Shown piece after piece: positions 61,857 to 64,000 of a stretch of DNA of 64,000 bases. The notes beneath the pieces were generated by a model that was given only the letters and a program-made list of their open reading frames with translations, searched no databases and was not told where the DNA came from. The position numbers and the translations under genes were made by a program. This DNA comes from Chloroflexota bacterium (GTDB lineage Bacteria; Chloroflexota; Dehalococcoidia; DSTF01; RBG-16-68-14): contig JADFKB010000001.1 in NCBI GenBank assembly GCA_022565155.1, positions 17,170 to 81,169 of the forward strand, read 5' to 3'. Position 1 is the stretch's first letter. Every line of letters begins with the position of its first letter.

Positions 61857-62975
61857 GTGTCTGGTCGATTGCGGACTTTCGGGATCGTTGCCGGTGCGAT
61901 CCTTCTTGTCGTTATCGGGTTTATCTTCCTCCGCGGGCCGAAGCCCCAAATCGAGATTAAGGCGGAGACGCTCTGGACGATCGGCTTCTTCGAGATCACC
62001 AACACGCTCTTCACCGCCTGGATCGTCATCGCCATCCTCGTCGTCGTTGCCATACTGTCGACACGAAAGATGCGCTACGTCCCGTCCGGCCTGCAGAACG
62101 GGATGGAGGCGATCGTCGAGGCGCTCTACACACTCTGCGTCAACACCGTCGGCGAGAAGAACGGACGGCGCTTCTTCCCCGTCATCGCCACCATCTTCCT
62201 CTACATCATCGTTTCAAACTGGATGGCCCTGACGCCGATCTTTAATGCCATCGGCAAAGTCGAACCGATCGGCGTGGAAGAGGAGCACTTTTTTGAAGAG
62301 GCGCTCATCTTTGAAGATGCAGCCGGAGTCTCCGTCATTCTGCCGGGCTCAAAGGAGATCGAGTTCCACGTGAACGAGGGGCAGTGCGCCGGGCTGGAAG
62401 GCCAAGAGCATGAGGAGTGCCTCGTCCGCGAGCGCGGGGTGGCTATTGCTGCGGCGCTTGAGGAGGAGAACGTTTCCGAAGACGCGACGGTGGGTATCCT
62501 GGCGCCGTACTTTCGCGGCGTCAACACCGACCTGATGTCGCCCCTCTCGCTTGCCATCGTCTCCGCTATCTTCGTCGAGTTCTGGGGCATCAGCACGCTA
62601 GGGCTGGTCGGCTACGGCAGCAGGTTCTTTAACTTCCGGCGGCTGGCTCGCGGCAACCTGATGGGCATCATTGATGTCTTCGTGGGTCTCTTAGAGATCA
62701 TCGCAGAGTTCGCCCGTCTGATCAGCTTCACCTTCCGATTGTTCGGGAACATGCTGGCCGGTGAGGTGCTGCTATTGGTGATGACGTTCCTGATCCCCTT
62801 GTTAATTGCGCTGCCTTTTTACGGGCTGGAACTCTTTGTGGGAGCGGTGCAGGCATTCGTCTTCGCCATGCTCACCCTGGTCTTCGGCGCGCTGGCAGTA
62901 ACCAGCCACGGCGATCACGAAGAAACATCGCACACGAATTCCGGCGAGGTCGCCGCAGTTCACACGGCAGAATAG
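61857..62975 (+). CDS. atpB: F0F1 ATP synthase subunit a
   Basis: SFTFRLFGNMLAGE, VQAFVFAMLT; contains a large acidic loop insertion. Confidence 0.94.
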   Translation: MSGRLRTFGIVAGAILLVVIGFIFLRGPKPQIEIKAETLWTIGFFEITNTLFTAWIVIAILVVVAILSTRKMRYVPSGLQNGMEAIVEALYTLCVNTVGEKNGRRFFPVIATIFLYIIVSNWMALTPIFNAIGKVEPIGVEEEHFFEEALIFEDAAGVSVILPGSKEIEFHVNEGQCAGLEGQEHEECLVRERGVAIAAALEEENVSEDATVGILAPYFRGVNTDLMSPLSLAIVSAIFVEFWGISTLGLVGYGSRFFNFRRLARGNLMGIIDVFVGLLEIIAEFARLISFTFRLFGNMLAGEVLLLVMTFLIPLLIALPFYGLELFVGAVQAFVFAMLTLVFGALAVTSHGDHEETSHTNSGEVAAVHTAE

Positions 62976-62997
62976 TAAGGAGAGGGAGGAACACACT

Positions 62998-63261
62998 ATG
63001 GACATCACTGCACTGGTTCCGTTGCTGGCGCTGTCCGATGAATCACTGAGGTTCATCGGCGCTGGCCTCGCCATCGGGATCGGCGGCGCCGGGCCGGCCA
63101 TCGGCATCGGCATGCTCGTCTCGAAGGCGATGGAGGCGCTGGGCCGCAACCCCGAGGCGCAGCCCGTCATTCAGACCAACATGATCCTGGGCATGGCGTT
63201 TGCGGAGGCGATCGCGATCTACGCTTTTGTCGTCGCCCTCATGATCGGCTTCGTCCTATAG
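62998..63261 (+). CDS. atpE: F0F1 ATP synthase subunit c (H+-type motif)
   Basis: GRNPEA, FAEAIAIY; no Q...ES/ET Na+ signature. Confidence 0.95.
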   Translation: MDITALVPLLALSDESLRFIGAGLAIGIGGAGPAIGIGMLVSKAMEALGRNPEAQPVIQTNMILGMAFAEAIAIYAFVVALMIGFVL

Positions 63262-63304
63262 CCAAGCGCGTGGACTCATGCGCTGAGCAAGAAGAGGGTT
63301 CGAA

Positions 63305-63802
63305 ATGGACGAACTAGGTTTTAATCTCCCAGTACTGATAGCCCAGGTTGTGAACTTTTTCCTCCTGCTGGTGCTGCTCCGCATCTTCCTTTACAAACCG
63401 GTCCTGGAGATGCTCGATCGGCGCGCCCAGCGCATCCGCGAGGGCGTAGAGGCGGCCGACAAATCGAAGGAGCGCGCTTCCGCAGGGGAGCAAGAGGTCG
63501 CCCGGCAGTTGGATGCCTCTCGAGAGCAGGGCCAGGCGCTGATCGCCCAGGCCCAGGAAGCGGCGAACCGCATCCAGCAGGAGGCGCGCAGCCAGGCGCG
63601 TCAGGAGGGCGAGACGATGCTGGAGCGCGCCCGCACCGAGATCCAGTTGGAGCGTGACCAGGCGATCGCGGAGCTGCGCGGCGAATTCGCAGACCTGACG
63701 GTGAGCGCAGCAGAGAAGGTGATCGGCCAATCGCTCGACCGGCAAGCGCACCGGCGCCTGATCGACGAAGTGCTGGCAGAAGCGACGTTCAAGGAGAACT
63801 AG
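63305..63802 (+). CDS. atpF: F0F1 ATP synthase subunit b
   Basis: QVVNFFLL..YKP..LDRR, coiled coil, AEKVI. Confidence 0.94.
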   Translation: MDELGFNLPVLIAQVVNFFLLLVLLRIFLYKPVLEMLDRRAQRIREGVEAADKSKERASAGEQEVARQLDASREQGQALIAQAQEAANRIQQEARSQARQEGETMLERARTEIQLERDQAIAELRGEFADLTVSAAEKVIGQSLDRQAHRRLIDEVLAEATFKEN

Positions 63803-64000
63803 ATGCTACGCGACCCCGCCGCCAAACGCTACGCGCAGGCCGCTTTCGAGCTGGCCAGCGAACGCGGCGAGCTCGACACCTGGGAGGCCGACATGCGCTC
63901 CCTGGGCGAAGCGCTCGCTTCAGCGGAGGCAATCGCTTACGTAGAGGATCGGCGCGCGCCGTCTGACGCGAAGCTGACGTTCATCCAACGAACGGCGGGC
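63803..64000 (+). CDS. atpH: F0F1 ATP synthase subunit delta (truncated by window end)
   Basis: MLRDPAAKRYAQAAFELA immediately after atpF. Confidence 0.88.
   Translation, partial: MLRDPAAKRYAQAAFELASERGELDTWEADMRSLGEALASAEAIAYVEDRRAPSDAKLTFIQRTAG

Overview
High-GC bacterial chromosomal window. Gene content and order suggest Chloroflexota, class Dehalococcoidia (inference, no database search). Core blocks: yceD-rpmF-fabD-fabG-nusB-acpP-tatB-tatC, udg-rnj, ftsK, tRNA-Phe and tRNA-Thr, a nitrogen cluster (actinobacterial-type glnR, amtB, glnK, two glnA), an 11-subunit complex I (nuoABCDHIJKLMN, no nuoEFG) with an extra lipoprotein gene between nuoC and nuoD, valS, secA, prs, cinA, pyrF and the start of the F-type ATP synthase operon. 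Accessory content: several secreted proteins with dockerin-like or C-terminal sorting tails, a hypervariable tandem paralog pair, and a small island next to tRNA-Thr. No CRISPR array, rRNA, integrase or transposase was seen. Most notable non-standard signals: (i) three diverged direct repeats that each duplicate a gene terminus (fabD 5', GYD gene 3', nuoN 3'); (ii) a REP palindrome and heptamer arrays in frame inside valS; (iii) a probable dockerin-like/VGG-tail surface-display set; (iv) 11-bp-phased GlnR boxes; (v) a NuoD ending in CCVDR; (vi) a compensating double frameshift; (vii) a 6S-like ncRNA candidate after ftsK. All family assignments are from motif recognition by eye.
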